From Lama glama (taxonomy: Eukaryota), in assembly GCA_028534125.1 (NCBI GenBank), contig CM052816.1, forward strand, positions 27,902,001 to 27,966,000: 64,000 bases of DNA, given 5' to 3'. How positions within the stretch are numbered: position 1 is the first letter of the stretch; every line of letters begins with the position of its first letter. The notes beneath the pieces were generated by a model, which was not told the origin of the DNA, did not search any database, and was given only the letters and a program-made list of their open reading frames with translations. Position numbers and translations under genes: made by a program. Below, piece after piece: positions 25,600 through 39,424 of this stretch.

Positions 25600-26375
25600 A
25601 AAAATTCTTTAGCACAGTTTAGTTTGTTTTCTGAAGACAATTTTATCTTGACCTTGTTCTTTAAATATATCTTTGCCAGGAATTAATTTATTTATTGTTT
25701 GGTAGTCTGTTTCAGCACAGAAGAAAAGATCATTCCTCTGTTTTCTGGCCGCAACTCTTGCTGCTGAGAAGTCAACTCAGTCCAAATGTTGCTTTTTGAA
25801 GATACTCTATTTTACCATTTTGGCTTCTATTTTGAAGTTTTACTGAAATGTGTCTGGGTCTGTTTTCTTATATTTATCTTGCTTCAGATTTTTTCTGTCT
25901 TAGTGTATTTATGCTGCTATAACAAATATGACATAAACTGGGTGGCTTATAATCAACACTTACATCTTTTCACTGTAGCTTCACATGACAGAAAGGGCAA
26001 GGGAATTTTCTCTCAAATCTTTCTTAGAAGGGCACAAATCTTACTAAAGAAGGCTCTGTACTCATGACTTAATCATCTTCCAGTGGTCATAGTCCTAAGA
26101 CTATATAGCCTTAGGTTTTAACACATGCATTTCGGGGGATACAAACATTGGGACCATAGCAATTCTTTTGATTCTGGAATGTGTGGATTGGTATCTTTTA
26201 TCGTTTTGAAAAATCCTCAGTTAAGGTCTCTTATGATATGGTTTTGCCCAGTCACTCTGTTATCTCCTTCTGTAAGTTTGATAAGATGCATATTTGGTGC
26301 ATTTTACATCCACAACTTTAATAGTTTCCTCATATTTTGCATCTTTTTTTTGCTATATTATGATTTTTTCTGCCA
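25600..26375 (-). mobile_element. Decayed L1 ORF1 fragment interrupted by a MaLR LTR
   Basis: cattcctctgttttctggc..tgctgctgagaagtca; ttctggaatgtgtggattggtatcttttatcgttttgaaaaatcctcag. Confidence 0.6.
25896..26161 (-). mobile_element. MaLR solo LTR (MLT1A/MST-like, internally deleted)
   Basis: tgtcttagt..tgctgctataacaaat..actgggtggcttataa ... gggggatacaaacattgggaccatagca. Confidence 0.85.
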
Positions 26376-26379
26376 ATTC

Positions 26380-26725
26380 TGTTAGAATCTAGTATAATAT
26401 AAAAATTATCTATTGATATACTCAAAATTGGTAATTGAAAAGAGTTTAATGAACAGGCTATTTACAAAGGTACAAATAGGGTTAAAGAAAATCAATAAGG
26501 GATGGTAATGTACCCCTGGCCTAGGAGCAAAAGGAGGTTCCTACCACCCCTATGCCTGAAGGAAGAACTGGAATGAGTTATAAAAATCCAGCAAGACCTA
26601 GAGCTAGTAGGAGGGAGCTGCCATGGTCCAGCAAGAAAAGAGGCAGGGGACTAAATCCCAACTTTCCTCTTGTCCCCACATTTGATATTTTAATGGTCTT
26701 CTAATGATCTCCTAAAGGCCAAACG
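26380..26725 (-). mobile_element. ERVL LTR fragment (LTR33-like)
   Basis: ctcaaaattggtaattgaaaagagtttaatgaacaggctatttacaaagg..taccacccctatgcctgaagg. Confidence 0.7.
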
Positions 26726-26739
26726 CTTTAAAGAGGCAA

Positions 26740-28480
26740 AAGTTTCTGCTGAAAAATTGGCTTATAGTCTTGTGGAGGTTCATTTGTGCATAATGAGTTG
26801 TTTTTCTCTTGTTGCTTTTAAGATTCTCTCCTTGTCTTTCAATTCCAGCACTGTAATTATAATGTCTTTATATGTGTCTCCATGGATTCCTCTTATATGG
26901 GACTCTCTGAGCTTCCTCGAAATGGATGTCTTTCTCCTTTTCCATGTTAGGGGAGTTTTCAGCCCGTACTTCTTCACAGCTGTACTCTGCCCTGTTATAT
27001 CTCTCTTTTCCTTCTGATACCCTTATAATTTGAATCTTGATTTGATGTTGTTGCATAAGTCCGTTAAACTGTCTATATTCACTTTTTAAATTGTTTTCTT
27101 ATTACTGCCCTCATTGGGTAAGTTTCACAGCCCTGTCTTTAAGTTTACTGATCCTTTTTTTCTGCTTCATCTCGTTTGCTAGTGTATTTTTCAGTTCAGT
27201 TGTTACATTTTTTCAGCTCTGACTTCTACTTGATCTCTTCTATTTTCTGTCTCTTTTTGAAGTTCTGTGTTCATTCATTCTTCTCCTGCGTTTGGCAGAT
27301 ATCCTTAAGACCATCATTTTTAACTCCTTGTCATGTATATCACTTATCTCTGTTTCATTAAGGTTTATTTTTTTCTGAGGTTTTATCTTCTTTCATTTGG
27401 ATCAAATTCCTGTTTCTTCATTTTCCTTTACTGTTGGTTTCTATGCTTTAGTTAGAACAAGTACTTCTCCCTGTTTTGAAGGAAAGACCTTGTATAAGAG
27501 ATGAATTAAATTGTTCAACTCTACCCTAGTTCTTGGTTGTTTCTCTCATCTTTGTGATTGTTTGAGCACCCTATTTTATTTTTTATGGCTCCCAGTAATT
27601 GAGGGTCTGCTGAGATCTATCAGTGTCCCAGGGGAAAGTAATGGAAATCAGACCCTCATGTGGCAGCTTTAAACATATGCAAATCATAGAGTACAGTGGG
27701 ACCACAAGCGTAAGCCCTATGGAGCCAGGCAATCTAGCAGTGTCCCCTGGGTGACAGCCACAAAAATCAAGTAACCAGAGGTGGTTACAAGCTCATTTCT
27801 GGGAAATATTACTGAGCCGGAGCATGAACATGATGCCTACTGACTGGCGTGAGGCAGAGGGAGAGTGCAAGGACGGCTTCTGACAGCCTTCATCCCTAGA
27901 GAGTATCCAAGCAGGCCCCTAGATGTATGTTAAGTTACATGCTACCCCCAGGCTGATGTTTTAAGATAAACACATAAGGCTCCTTCATGTAAAGTTGGGG
28001 TATCTGTCAATTGGCAGCTTTTGTGCTGGCCCCTGGGATGGGTGAGTCCAAAGGTACAAGCCCTTTAAGAGCCATTTCTCAGTGTGCTGCAGCCTTGTGA
28101 GTCGTGTGGGAATGAGCCCCACTGGTTTTCAAAGCTAAATGTTTCAGAGCTCATCTCTCAGGTGCAGGTCTTAAAAGATAGGGTTCCTGGTGTGGGGTTC
28201 AAACTCTTTACTTCTTAGGGAGAAGCTCTAGGTTTTGAGTTCCCTCTTGATTATAGATTGCAGTTACCAAGGTTGGGTTCTTTGGTGAGATTGTGTCTCA
28301 ATCTCTGCTTCCCATTTTGATGTGGATTTTTTCCTCATTTGCCCAATATATAGGAGTCAATCACCTAGTTTTTACATTTTTTCCAGAGAAAATTTTTTTC
28401 TATGTAGTTATTGATTCAATGTGTCCATGGGAGGAGGTGAGTTTAGGATCACCCTATGTTATCATCTTGAACTAGAACCC
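26740..28480 (-). mobile_element. LINE-1 5' UTR plus ORF1 (degenerate)
   Basis: ORF remnants LKDKERILKATREKQLIMHK and IQIIRVSEGKE..AENSPNMEKEKDIHFEEAQRVP; 5' terminus ggaggaggtgagtttagg..catcttgaactagaa. Confidence 0.9.
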
Positions 28481-30174
28481 TATATGTTAATTAAATTACA
28501 TCAGAAAATTATCTTTAACGATCTCAAACTTTTCAATAACAGCAGTATTAAGTCTCCCAATTTACAGTACTTTTTGCTTTAATATAGTTTACTTGGCAAT
28601 GCTTATTGTCAAATTGCTAAAAGTACTTACCATTTAAAAGCTCCTGGACCGTGTTTTTAGATAATTAAAAATAAATGCGTTGGTGAAAAACCGATTGGGC
28701 CTTTTGACTCACAAATAGAACTATTTCCCCAGTGTACACTATTCCAACCTCTTATGGAAATTTTTCCAGTATTTTAAAGATTCCTCAGATGAAATAACTT
28801 TGAGAAAGAAAACATTAGGAGAATGCTTTTAACCCACACATATTTTTCACTATTCAAATTGATCGTTAACCTTTGGTAAGTTTTTTCATCGAGATAGTTC
28901 CATAATTCTATGGATAAAAAGTATCACTCTCCATTGTCTACTTTAAAACAAAATTCAGCTTTAACTCAGTGGGAAATTAATAAAATGGAAAATTTTCACT
29001 CTATTTAAAAAAATACATATTTTATCTTGTCTGTCCCTCTGGAATTAAAATATATATACTTCATTAAAAAAAAAACCTGGTTATACCTGACCATCTTCAA
29101 ATCTAAAATACAAAAACAAACAAGATAACTTCCAAAGAATGAGTATGGCATCAGGAAAGAAATGCCAAGGAGTCTTCACACTTACTTGAAGTTGTTACTT
29201 ATGAGAATAAATTTGTTAATGCTTCTGTCTGGTCATTTTCTTCAGCTATGGGTTGAATTGTCTCTTGAGAATTATGAAGAAGCTTGTATAGAATAGTGAG
29301 TGTCAGACTTGGCCCCACGCTTCTTTTTCCTAACAAGGTTTTGGTCTCCCAAATCACCTTAGCTGCTTTACGTACTAGGTTTTCAAATAATACTTCATAT
29401 CAAAATGTTTGAAAACAATAACTGTAGGATGAATATTGTCATTTGAATCTCCTACCTTTTAGGATACAAGTTATGGGAACTTATATTAACATTCTTATAT
29501 AATAAATTTGAGAGATATTTTATCAATAAGTAGATTAGATTTTTCAAATAAATTTTTATTAGTGCACTGAACTCTTTTGTATACTTAATTCTAGATTAGG
29601 TGTGAAAATCAAGTTTCTCATTTTTTATTCAAAATGTATCCATCAAATAATGCTACGAATGAGGCTGTATTAAATGTGGTTAACACATTTTCTAATGTAT
29701 TGCTTTGTTAATATAGTATTAGTAAAGATAACCTGTGTTAATTACTTGGCTGGCTTAACCTATGCTAACAGTTAATGTAGGCTATTTAGAATTCGTATAA
29801 AATCTTAGGGTTAACTCTATAGAATATACAGTGCTTTTGCGTTTGTTAAATATATTGGATTAGTGTTAAATCACTTTATCCTCTTATTTCCTCCCTTTCT
29901 CTCTTCCTTCCTCCTATCATTCAGTAGACGTTTATCAAGTACCTTCTATTTGTTGATATAGGAAGTACCTAACATATAATAAAAATGAGAATGTCTAGAT
30001 ATTGTGTCTATATTTAAGATAAATTGCTTACAATATATGTGTAGACTGGCTGACATATACAAACTGAGGCAAAAATAAGATCTTTTTTGGAGGTCCCTAA
30101 CTTGATACTTATATTCTGAAAAGTAAGAGGAGTAGAAATTCTAGAAATGTTATCCTGAACTAAAAAAATCATAT

Positions 30175-30445
30175 CATCATCATCACCTCTACATTTTATT
30201 GATTGTTTACTACTTATCAGGAATTGAGTTATGTTGTTAACATGCATATTCTTACTTAATGTTCATAACTCTGTGAGGTACATACAATAGTCCTTATTTT
30301 ATCAATGAATAAATGGATGCAAAGATAGTTGAGTACCTTGCCTTGTACCATTTTCTACATCCTGTAAGTGACATAGTGACCATTTGAATATAGGCATTCT
30401 CACACCAGAGTCTGTGTTCTTAAGACTGCATTATACTGCTCCATG
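30175..30445 (-). mobile_element. MIR SINE
   Basis: cattttattgattgtttactac..cataactctgtgaggtac..ccttattttatcaatgaataaa..ccagagtctgtgttcttaa. Confidence 0.8.
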
Positions 30446-30890
30446 CTTGGGTAATACAGAAATGTTAATTTATCATTCGTTTACTCAAGTATCTTACAGT
30501 CTATCTATATTATGATTTTGGATGCTCTGTTGCATATACTTTTAATGAACATATGTTTCACACCCCTTTAGGAGACACACGTGTTTAACATGATATACTA
30601 TTGCTTGGTCCTTTTATCATAAAACTTCTTCAGAAGCTTCTGCCATTGCTCCTGTTGGATTTATAATTAAAATCAAACATTGAGCTCCTATAAAAATTGG
30701 ATATTACAGTACAGTTTTTAAAGGCAACATTTTTCAAATTATTTTGATAGTCCCAGTTTTCTATGTTATCTCATTTTGGCTGGAGGCCAGAATTTTCTTT
30801 TTAACGAAGGAAGATAAATATATATGTATAAAACTACAAAAATCACTCATTATTTTTTCTACAGTATGTGTGGTTTTGGACTTTCCTTTT

Positions 30891-30926
30891 TTTTTTTTTT
30901 TTACATTTTTTATTGATTCATAATCA
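30891..30926 (-). mobile_element. Ultra-truncated young L1 insertion (36 bp)
   Basis: Poly-T plus acattttttattgattcataatca (L1 3' terminus) between perfect 14-bp TSDs tggactttcctttt at 30877-30890 and 30927-30940. Confidence 0.92.
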
Positions 30927-31699
30927 TGGACTTTCCTTTTCTTTACTGTTAACTTTTTAGCTTTCAGATTTTCTATTAAAAAATAATCCTCTTTCCTATC
31001 TTATCCCTCTCTTTTCTTTGTCCTTACACATAAGTCTGTTTTTCTTTACTTTCAGAAGATAGTTGTTGAAGAGTTGGCTATATTGTTTCTCAGTATTTGC
31101 TACTGGTTAATAACCCTGGATACCAATGAGTACTGAACTGGCACTTTGAGCTTTTTTGGGTAGGTTATTCTGATTTCTTTCCCTGTACTCAGTGTTAAAT
31201 AAACTATGTTCTTTTTGCAGCTCTGAGACATTCATAGTCAGTGTATGTTACTCTTATGTGGTCTCAATGCTAAATTTTTTAAAGAAAGATTTATTTTCCT
31301 TCTCTATAATTAAAACTTTGAGTGGTGAACGAACGCACTAAGATAAGTGTGTGTGTAAGAAAGTGGTGTTATATTTTAGTCTAGTCTGGTAATTTAGTTT
31401 GTTTCTTTAGGTATCTTAGGTTCTACTTGAATGACCCAGATGAGCTCTTTCATAGTTTTCTGGTATCTTCATCTTCGTTTCCCTTCTGGATGCATATCAT
31501 TGAGGTGTTTCATATGACCTCAGTAGTGGAGAGGAGACGGGAGGCTTGAAATTCATGGTGAGAGGCCTGGTCCTTTGGTCCATTCTGATGTGGAGGGACA
31601 AACCTGACCTGACTGGACTTTTGATTGATTACTGATCTGGGATTAATACTGCCCCTGGGCAAAGGTTGCAGAACTTGAGATGGAGTAAATTTCTCTTCC

Positions 31700-32425
31700 T
31701 CTTTTCAGTGAAGGCCCTATCATCTCTCATGCTAATTTGGCCCCATCTTAGCCACTTTATCTGTACAATATGAATGTCTCTTGCCTAGTGTACTGGAATA
31801 GTATCCTAAGAAGTCTGCCTGTTTCCTCTTTTGTCTCTTTCTATTATAAATAAAATAGCCAAAGACATATTTTTAAAATATTAAGCCGTATCACATCACT
31901 CTCTAATGACTTCTCACATTTTGAATAAAATCCCAAGTTATTACTATGACCTGAAAGCCCATATATGTTCTGTGCCATAATCTATCTGAATTCACATTCA
32001 ATTGTTATTACTCAATAATTTTGCTCCATTATACTGGACTTTTTGCTAATCTCAGGAAAAACAAGTAGTCAACTATTTTTAGGTTTTTGCACTTTCTATT
32101 CTCTCTGTATATATTATCTTCCCCCCAATAATTCAGTGCCTCACTTCATTTATGGTGCTTTTACCTCCACAAAGAGGAATCTCCTACCTATCCTACCTAA
32201 AAGTGCACTTCTAATCGCTATGTTCTTATCCTGTGTTACTATTATTAATTACAGAATATTTATCTTCCTGTAACAAATTTATATTCATCTACATTCATGT
32301 TTTTTGGTTCATGCCTTCACATTAGATAAGAGTCATACAAGAATAGAGGTAAGAGTCATAGAAGAATACAGGTATCCTTGAAGAGTACATTGTAGATACT
32401 CAATATATACTGACTAAATAAATAG
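31700..32425 (+). mobile_element. L2 LINE 3' region
   Basis: tctcttgcctagtgtactggaatagtatcctaagaagtctgcc..gaataaaatcccaag..cattgtagatactcaatatatactgactaaataaat. Confidence 0.7.
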
Positions 32426-32649
32426 TAAGCATTCAAAACATATTTGATTAGTAAATACATATATTAAAGAACTCAGGAATTCTACCTCCACCTATGTAGG
32501 AACACTTTGTATCAAACAAAGACTCTTAGAATGCACAACTGGGAAATCTGAGTAATATTTAGTCAGTATCATCTAAAAGTGTGGGAGAACTACAAACGCA
32601 TCTAAAATATGGGTGGGGGCAATATCAAAGAGATAATGTTAGCAAGGAT

Positions 32650-33375
32650 GAATTTACATTGAGAAATCATAATCACTCAAAGTCCATAGTTGACATTAGG
32701 GTTTACTCTTGGTATCATGTATATTATGGGTTTGGTTAAATGTGTAATGCTATACTCACCATTATAATATCATATAGAATATTTTCAACACATTAAAAAT
32801 CCTCTGTGTTATGCCTGTTCATTTTCTTTCCCCCATCTCATCAGCCACTGATCTTTTTATGGTCTTATTCGTGTTACTTTTTCCAGAATGTCATATAGTT
32901 AGAATTATACAGGATGTCGGCTCTGCAAATTGGCTTCTTTCATTTAGTGGTACACACTTCAGATTCCTCCACATCTTTTCATGGCTTGAAAGCCCATTTC
33001 TTTTTAGCACTGGATAGAAGTCTATTGTGTATCAGAGTTTATTTATTTTCCTACTAAAAGAAATCTTGGTTGCTTTTAAAATTTGACAATTACGATTAAG
33101 CTGCTGTAAAAACCTGTGTGCATATTTTTGTGTGAACTTAAGTTTTCAGCTCCTTTGAGTAAATAGCAAGGAGCATGACTATTGAATCATATATTAAAAG
33201 TATGTTTAGTTTTATAAGAAATAACCAAACCATCATCCAAAGTGGCTGTATTTTGCATTCTGGCTAGTAATATACTGGTGTTCCTGTTGCTCCACGCCCT
33301 CACCCACACAGCATTTGGTGTGGTCAGTATTGTGGATTTTGGCCATTCTAGTAGATGTGTAGTGGTATCTCGTTT
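32650..33375 (-). mobile_element. L1MC1/2-like ORF2 end and 3' UTR
   Basis: caaagtccatagttgacattagggtttactcttgg..ttccagaatgtcatatagttagaat..ggccattctagtagatgtgtagtggtatctc. Confidence 0.8.
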
Positions 33376-33399
33376 TATTTAAAATATATATAGATTTTA

Positions 33400-34190
33400 A
33401 GTGATATATATGACATAATTCAAAGGTTTAGCAGATGTGTTTTTTGAATAATAGAAGGAAATAACAAAGTGGGACAGACATAATAAATAAGGAAATACTA
33501 GCTAAGCTTATTTCAAACTGCTAAAATTCATCAATTCATACATTTATAAAATGTTGTGGATCCCAGATAGGATAAACACAAAGTAACCATATGGGAACAC
33601 ATTATTATAAAGCAACAGATAACCATATACAAAGAGTGAAAATAAAAATGACAGCTGAAATATCAATAGAAAAAAATGGATGTCTATTTCAAGTTATATA
33701 TTTATCAAAATATAATATCCCAAAATAAGGATGTTTTAGAACAAAAACTTAGAAAATTCATCACTAGAAAACCCAACCAGAAGAAACTCAAAAGAAAGTT
33801 CTTTAGACAAAATGAGAAAGAGATCCCAGATTAAAGCCCAAGATGTAGGAAGGAATGAAAATTTGAGGGGGGTTATATGAGCATTGGTTATTATAAGAAA
33901 TACTAATATCTTACTTAGTTTAAAATATATGTATTATTAAAGTGCATAGGATCAGCAATAAAACAATAGGCTTTAGGGAGGTAGTTGTAGTTAGTGTTAA
34001 AATCACAAAACATTTCATGTATTTTAGATTTATTAAGACATAGGTGCAAATATAATCTCTAGCAAATGTGCTAAATTAATAATGTAAAAAAGTATATCAG
34101 GAGTCTACAAAGGCAAACATGTATAAGTAAAACATATGTGATTAACCTGAAAGAAGGCCCCCAAAGTGAGAGAAATGGAACATAAAGTGA
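33400..34190 (+). mobile_element. Ancient L1M ORF1 and spacer remnant
   Basis: aacaaaaacttagaaaattcatcactagaaaacc..aaagttctttagacaaaa. Confidence 0.6.
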
Positions 34191-34625
34191 AAAAGTAAGA
34201 TGAACCAACTGCAGAAGGACAAATAGAGCATGCTGTCACTTATATAAGGTAAAGTATCTAAAATATTTAAACTCAGGAAAGCAGAGAGTAGAATGGTGGT
34301 TGCTAGGGACTAGAGGGAGGGCAAAATTGGGAAATTGTTGTAAAGGGGTAAAAAGTTTCATTTGTATAAGATGAATAAATTCTAGGGATCTGCTGTTAAC
34401 TATAGTGCCTGTAGTTAACAATGCTATATTATTCACTAAAAACTAAAAAAAACCAATCCCCTTTAAAATAGCACTCAAAGTAATAAAATACCTAGGAATA
34501 AATCTAACCAAGGAGGTGAAAGAATTATACAGAAAACTATAAACCATTGATGAAGGAAATTAGAGAAGACTTTAAAAAATGGAAAGATATCCCATGCTCT
34601 TGGATTGGAAGAATCAATATTGTTA
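34191..34625 (+). mobile_element. L1 mosaic: older 3' UTR (to ~34440) joined to a less diverged ORF2 fragment
   Basis: gcagagagtagaatggtggttgctaggg; then aaatacctaggaataaatctaaccaaggaggtgaaaga and [17 protein letters not shown]. Confidence 0.85.
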
Positions 34626-34629
34626 ATTC

Positions 34630-34860
34630 ATTGGTTTGGCATACATCCTGTATGATATTCTTAGGACCTTCTGGATTTGTTTTTTGGGATCTGTCATTCA
34701 TTTGTAAAAATTCTCAGCCATTATGTCTATAAATACTACTGCTTCACGTTCTCTTTTCTCTGATGTTCCAGTTTTATTTGTGTTAGATTATCTGTTATTG
34801 TCCCACAATTCTTGGAAGCTCTGAATTGCTTTTTCCTGTTCTTCTTTTTCTGTATGTTTC
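34630..34860 (-). mobile_element. L1 ORF1 fragment
   Basis: tcattcatttgtaaaaattctcagccattatgtctataaatact..ttgtcccacaattcttgga. Confidence 0.6.
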
Positions 34861-35329
34861 TAAGGAGTATTTTTAAAAGTCTGAATATAAAGCATGTAGG
34901 ATAGAAAGTGCCATAAAATTGGATTAAGAGAAATTTAGGAGGAAAGAATGGAAGTGATAAAGCATTAGGAGAAAAAATTGGAAGTGACAAGACATATGGG
35001 AGTGGTTAATGCCTAGAAGTAAGATTTGCCATGCATGTAACTCTACCACAGTATGTAATTTTTTCTTCACTTAAAAAGTTAAATGAAATCATGAAAATGT
35101 TATTTTTATGTAAAGCTTGATTTTCTAGTACAGCATAAAACTTTTTGAAAAAGGAGAGGAGCATCTTGTGTAGTAGATTGATAACCATATCAATGAATGA
35201 TGTCATTTATTATCACATTGATAGAGTAAAAACATTGAATACCTTTTAGGATCTGAAAATGATGAAGAAATAGGTTAGAAATGAGTTATTATATTTTAAC
35301 ATTTAAATAAATGGAATATAGTTTCCTAC

Positions 35330-37080
35330 TATTTCAGAATTCATAATCCAGATTTTTAAAAGAGATTTATAATATTTAGATAATCACAGATGCAATATTA
35401 AAGAATCAATATTTGAATGTTTTCCAGGAAAGATAAGACTTCTAAATTTAGTTTCAGGAAATTAAAAAAAATAACCCAAACAAGGTAAATGGGAAGGAAA
35501 TCTAAACTGGAAACATGGTAGTAAAATTAAGGAACAAAAAATTAAAAATATTTACAGAATAGATAGAATAGACCTGAAAAGTTATAAATAACCTGATTTT
35601 TAAGGATAACAATAATAGACAGAAAAGAATAAAATATCCTCATAATGGTCACGGAAAGTATCAGAAAAAAATGAGGAGTAGATGCCCAGTGACAACACTT
35701 CAAAAATGCAAGGAAGTCCACTCTTAGAAGAAAACGCTCTGTGGGAATTTATTAATAGTAGGTGTAACTAAAGGCAATTAAAGTGCTTTACATCAGAGAG
35801 TTTGATTCATTTGATTAATAAAATGACAGTAAAATAATGAAAAAATCTAATAAGAATGGAAGAGGTTAGAATAATTAAAGTTTCTATCTTCTGTTGTTGA
35901 ATGAGAAATATTTTTTAAAGTCTACTTTTAAGGTTACATTAAAATTTTAATAGTATCAGTTGAAATGAAGTTTTAAGATGTCTATCGTATCCATATTGAT
36001 CTATGGTCTGAATGCAATCTCCATAATTATTCCATTACACGAATTAGAATGTCCCCCAAAAACATTTTGGAAGACTCAAAGGTTTGATTTCTTGACTTAT
36101 TACAGGCTCCTAGTATCGAGAGAGTGTGGTATTAGAATAACATAGACAAATAGATTAAAAAAATGGACCCAAACATATGGAAATTTTACTTTCAACAAAG
36201 ACATCAAAGAAATTCAGTGTGCAGCAGATGGTGTTGGAATAACTGGATATCCAACAGAAAATCCTGAACTTCAAATGCTACTTCCACCATGTATGCAAAT
36301 GAACTTGAGATAGATCACAGGTGAAAACCTGAAGGTAGGCAAAGATTCCTTAGACAATACACAGAAAGCACTAACAATTAAAATACCTTAAAAAATCAAT
36401 AAGAAACTAGGAAAAGAAAGGCATGAGAGAACTTTCTCAGGTGAGGAAATTGTCTTATAACTTAAAGGGTTGTTATAAACATTCATAAAAACTCATACTA
36501 CTTGCACATGAGTTCTATACATTTCATTTTACACAATTTATATACCAATAAAAGAAATTATATATATATACATAAAATGTTATGCATTCTGTGATAATTT
36601 CTTAATTATCTTCTTCAAAGAACACAATAAAGAGGATGAAAAATAAGAAATACACTAGGAGTAAAAGGCTTATATTCAGATTACTTAAAGACTATCTCCA
36701 GAGAAAAACAACATGAAACTAAACATACAATTTTGAAAAGAGGATAACCAAATGGCAAAGAAAGGGATATTTAACTTCATTAGTAACTAGGAAAATGGAC
36801 AGTAAAACTAAATGAGATACCATTACATGCACAGCAGATTGGCCACGTTTTTTATGTGTGTAAATCTGACAAAGCCATGTGCTGATGAGAAAAACAAAGG
36901 TTGGGGTCTTTCAGAGGCCGCTTGTATGAACATAATTTTGTTAAACCCCTTTGGAAAGCTTTCTCACACTATGTAGTGTAGCTAAACATACGCATATCCT
37001 AATACCCAGCAATTCAACCCTTTATAGCTATCAACAGCGGATTTGATAAATAGTTGGTATTTTCAAACAATGAAATGTCA
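35330..37080 (+). mobile_element. Highly decayed L1ME-like ORF1/ORF2 remnants
   Basis: gacttattacaggctcctagtatcgagagagtgtggtatt; cagatggtgttggaataactggatatcc; catatcctaatacccagcaattc. Confidence 0.65.
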
Positions 37081-37149
37081 TTTCTGTGCTGTTTAGCTTC
37101 TGGAGTTGAATGTTTTCTTTAAAATTTCAGTTTGAATGCTGTGAGTGTA

Positions 37150-38745
37150 TAAGTTTCTGGTTTTCCTCTTACCCACAGTAAGTCTGACTGGGTGTCTTTT
37201 GCAGGTTTTCTTGCCTGTCCTCAAAATGCCGGTGCCCTTCGAATTTTGTATTCTGTTCCATCTTCTTCCTATTCTCCACATTAGTGACAGTTAATCTCAT
37301 TTATGCACAGTGCTGTAGCATCTACATACTCTTAGCTGCAAAATCTACATATCTATTAGAGGTATTTCTACAGCTTCAGAAACTTTTATCATTTAATTGA
37401 TCATCCAAATCGAGACTAGGGAGAGTGAAAGGGACTGCTATGCTTGTGGGCAGCAAGAATAAATTACTGTTCTCTGGGGCAAACAGAGGTGCATATTGTT
37501 TTACTTATATCCAACTTCTTTCTGATATATCATCTTGTTTACATCCCACAGTCACCCCAAATTTTTATGTCCTTTGCTGAATTCACCATCTCTTGATTCA
37601 ATCCAGCTTTCCCCGCACCGTCCCCCCACCCCAATGGTGGTTGGTGCTGGAATCCACTGTTTTCCAAACCACAAAGCAGGAATCATCCTCAATTCCTTTT
37701 TTCCTTTTTCTCCACATTGTCTCAGTTGCTGAGCTATTTATATTTTACTTTAAAAATATTATCTCAATATTTATATTCCTCACTATCCCTAAACTTCTAA
37801 GCATTTCCAGCTTTTCTTCCTTTCATAGTATAGTAGACCCATCAGACTCTTTCCTCTACTCCTAATCTTGTAAGCAAGCCAATTTCTGTACTTCGGCTAG
37901 AGATAACTTGACACAAAAACCTTGTCATATTATTCCCTTCACCTACTGCCCCTTGAGTTTAAGACGAGATTTTAGAAGTCATCTTATTATCTCTGCCAGT
38001 CTCTCGAGGGCTCTCTCTCTACCACTGCCTCTGTCTTTGAGACATTCCGAATTCCTTTGCAAAAATTTATTTTTTCTTTCATTTTTCTTTTATCCTTTGC
38101 AGGTGCTATTCATTCTTCTTGGAACGCTTAAATCTATAAAGCCTTCTTTGACTTCCCAAGTCATTTAGATGGCCCTGCTGTGTGCCCTGTAGCATTTCTA
38201 TATTGACACTGTCTATCTAGCTTTCTGCACTGTAAGGGTTTCAAGAACAGAAGCGAACCTGTTTATCACTGTGCCTGACACATTGTGTGCTCAATAACTA
38301 TTTATTTCTTTGATTTGACTTGTTTTATATCTCATATAGTTAGGTACTTTAGTGCTTACACTGTCATTCTGAATTTTTATTTTATTTTTGACTGAACTCT
38401 CATTTTGTCTTTGTTCTTATATTCCTAAAACATATAAACTTTGAAATGGGGAGACTTTATTCCCTATGCTTAGCAATGTTTCTCCAAATATTTTCTGACT
38501 TTTTTGCCCGTATCTCTTTTTCCTCTCGACTTCTGCTTAAGTGACTCCATCCCTAATCACTCTCAACGTTCTTCATTCACATCTATTGTCCTTATAGTAT
38601 TCTCTTCATATCAATGATAATACCTAACATATCATTCAATTTGTAGTTTATTATCACTCATTCAGTTATTAAGTCCCATGAGGGCAAGGACTTTGCCCAG
38701 GAATTGGGCCTTGTACCAAATAAATAATTGTTGATTGAGTGAATG
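37150..38745 (+). mobile_element. L2 LINE fragments (two tails, ending ~38310 and ~38745)
   Basis: gtgcctgacacattgtgtgctcaataactattt; aagtcccatgagggcaaggactttg..aaataattgttgattgagtgaatg. Confidence 0.7.
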
Positions 38746-39224
38746 GTAAATTTTATTAATAGATACCCTATTATTGAGCTTGTTTTTATTTCTAGACTAA
38801 ATCCCAAATGATCTTGGATTTTAATGAGCAGTCATCTTGGTTATTTTTAATATTTTATTCAGTGATATCAATATTTAAATTTGATGAATCCTTTATATTC
38901 ATCTTTAGTTTAAATATAATTTGATGTCTGTCCCTTAGAATCGTATCTATTCCTATTCCATTCGTAGCAACAAACTAATTTACTGAAATTTCCTTGCAGT
39001 TAGTCTGGTAATTCATGGGATTTCCTATTTAGTAATATGGATATTTTGTTCTTTACCATGTTCTGTCATACTTTTTCATGAACTTAATGATTACAACATC
39101 AGTAGTTTCTGTGCTCATTGTCAAAGGTGACTAGAGCTAGCTGCTTCAACTCAGTGTGTCACCATCAATGGCTGTCCTTGGCCTTTTCCTCTTACTGCAG
39201 ACAAGTTGGCCAAAAAATTGTATA

Positions 39225-39424
39225 TAGTGGAACCTTGAACAACAGGATTTGAACTGCATGGAATATTTTTCACTAAAATGTAGATAGTACAACAGGATCT
39301 GTGGTTGGTAGAATCTGCAATTACAGACCATGAATAAGGAGTACCACCTGTAAAGTTATCTTATGATCTTCTGTAGCACAAAGGGTGCGTGCCTCTAATC
39401 CCTGAGTTATTCAGTGGTCAACTA
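39225..39424 (+). mobile_element. Tigger2-family non-autonomous DNA transposon
   Basis: Imperfect TIRs tagtggaaccttgaacaac / gttattcagtggtcaacta (14/19 match), flanked by TA; similar to the Tigger2 terminus CAGTTGACCCTTGAACAAC. Confidence 0.8.

Noticed and set aside
29180..29301. Exon-like signals on both strands (plus-strand 29246-29295 LWVELSLENYEEACIE; minus-strand donor near 29185)
   Set aside because: Conflicting strands, no recognisable protein and no linkable neighbours; expected by chance
31040..31470. Several plus-strand acceptor-like tracts suggesting a micro-exon array
   Set aside because: Donors are weak or absent, frames contain stops, and there is no repeated unit structure
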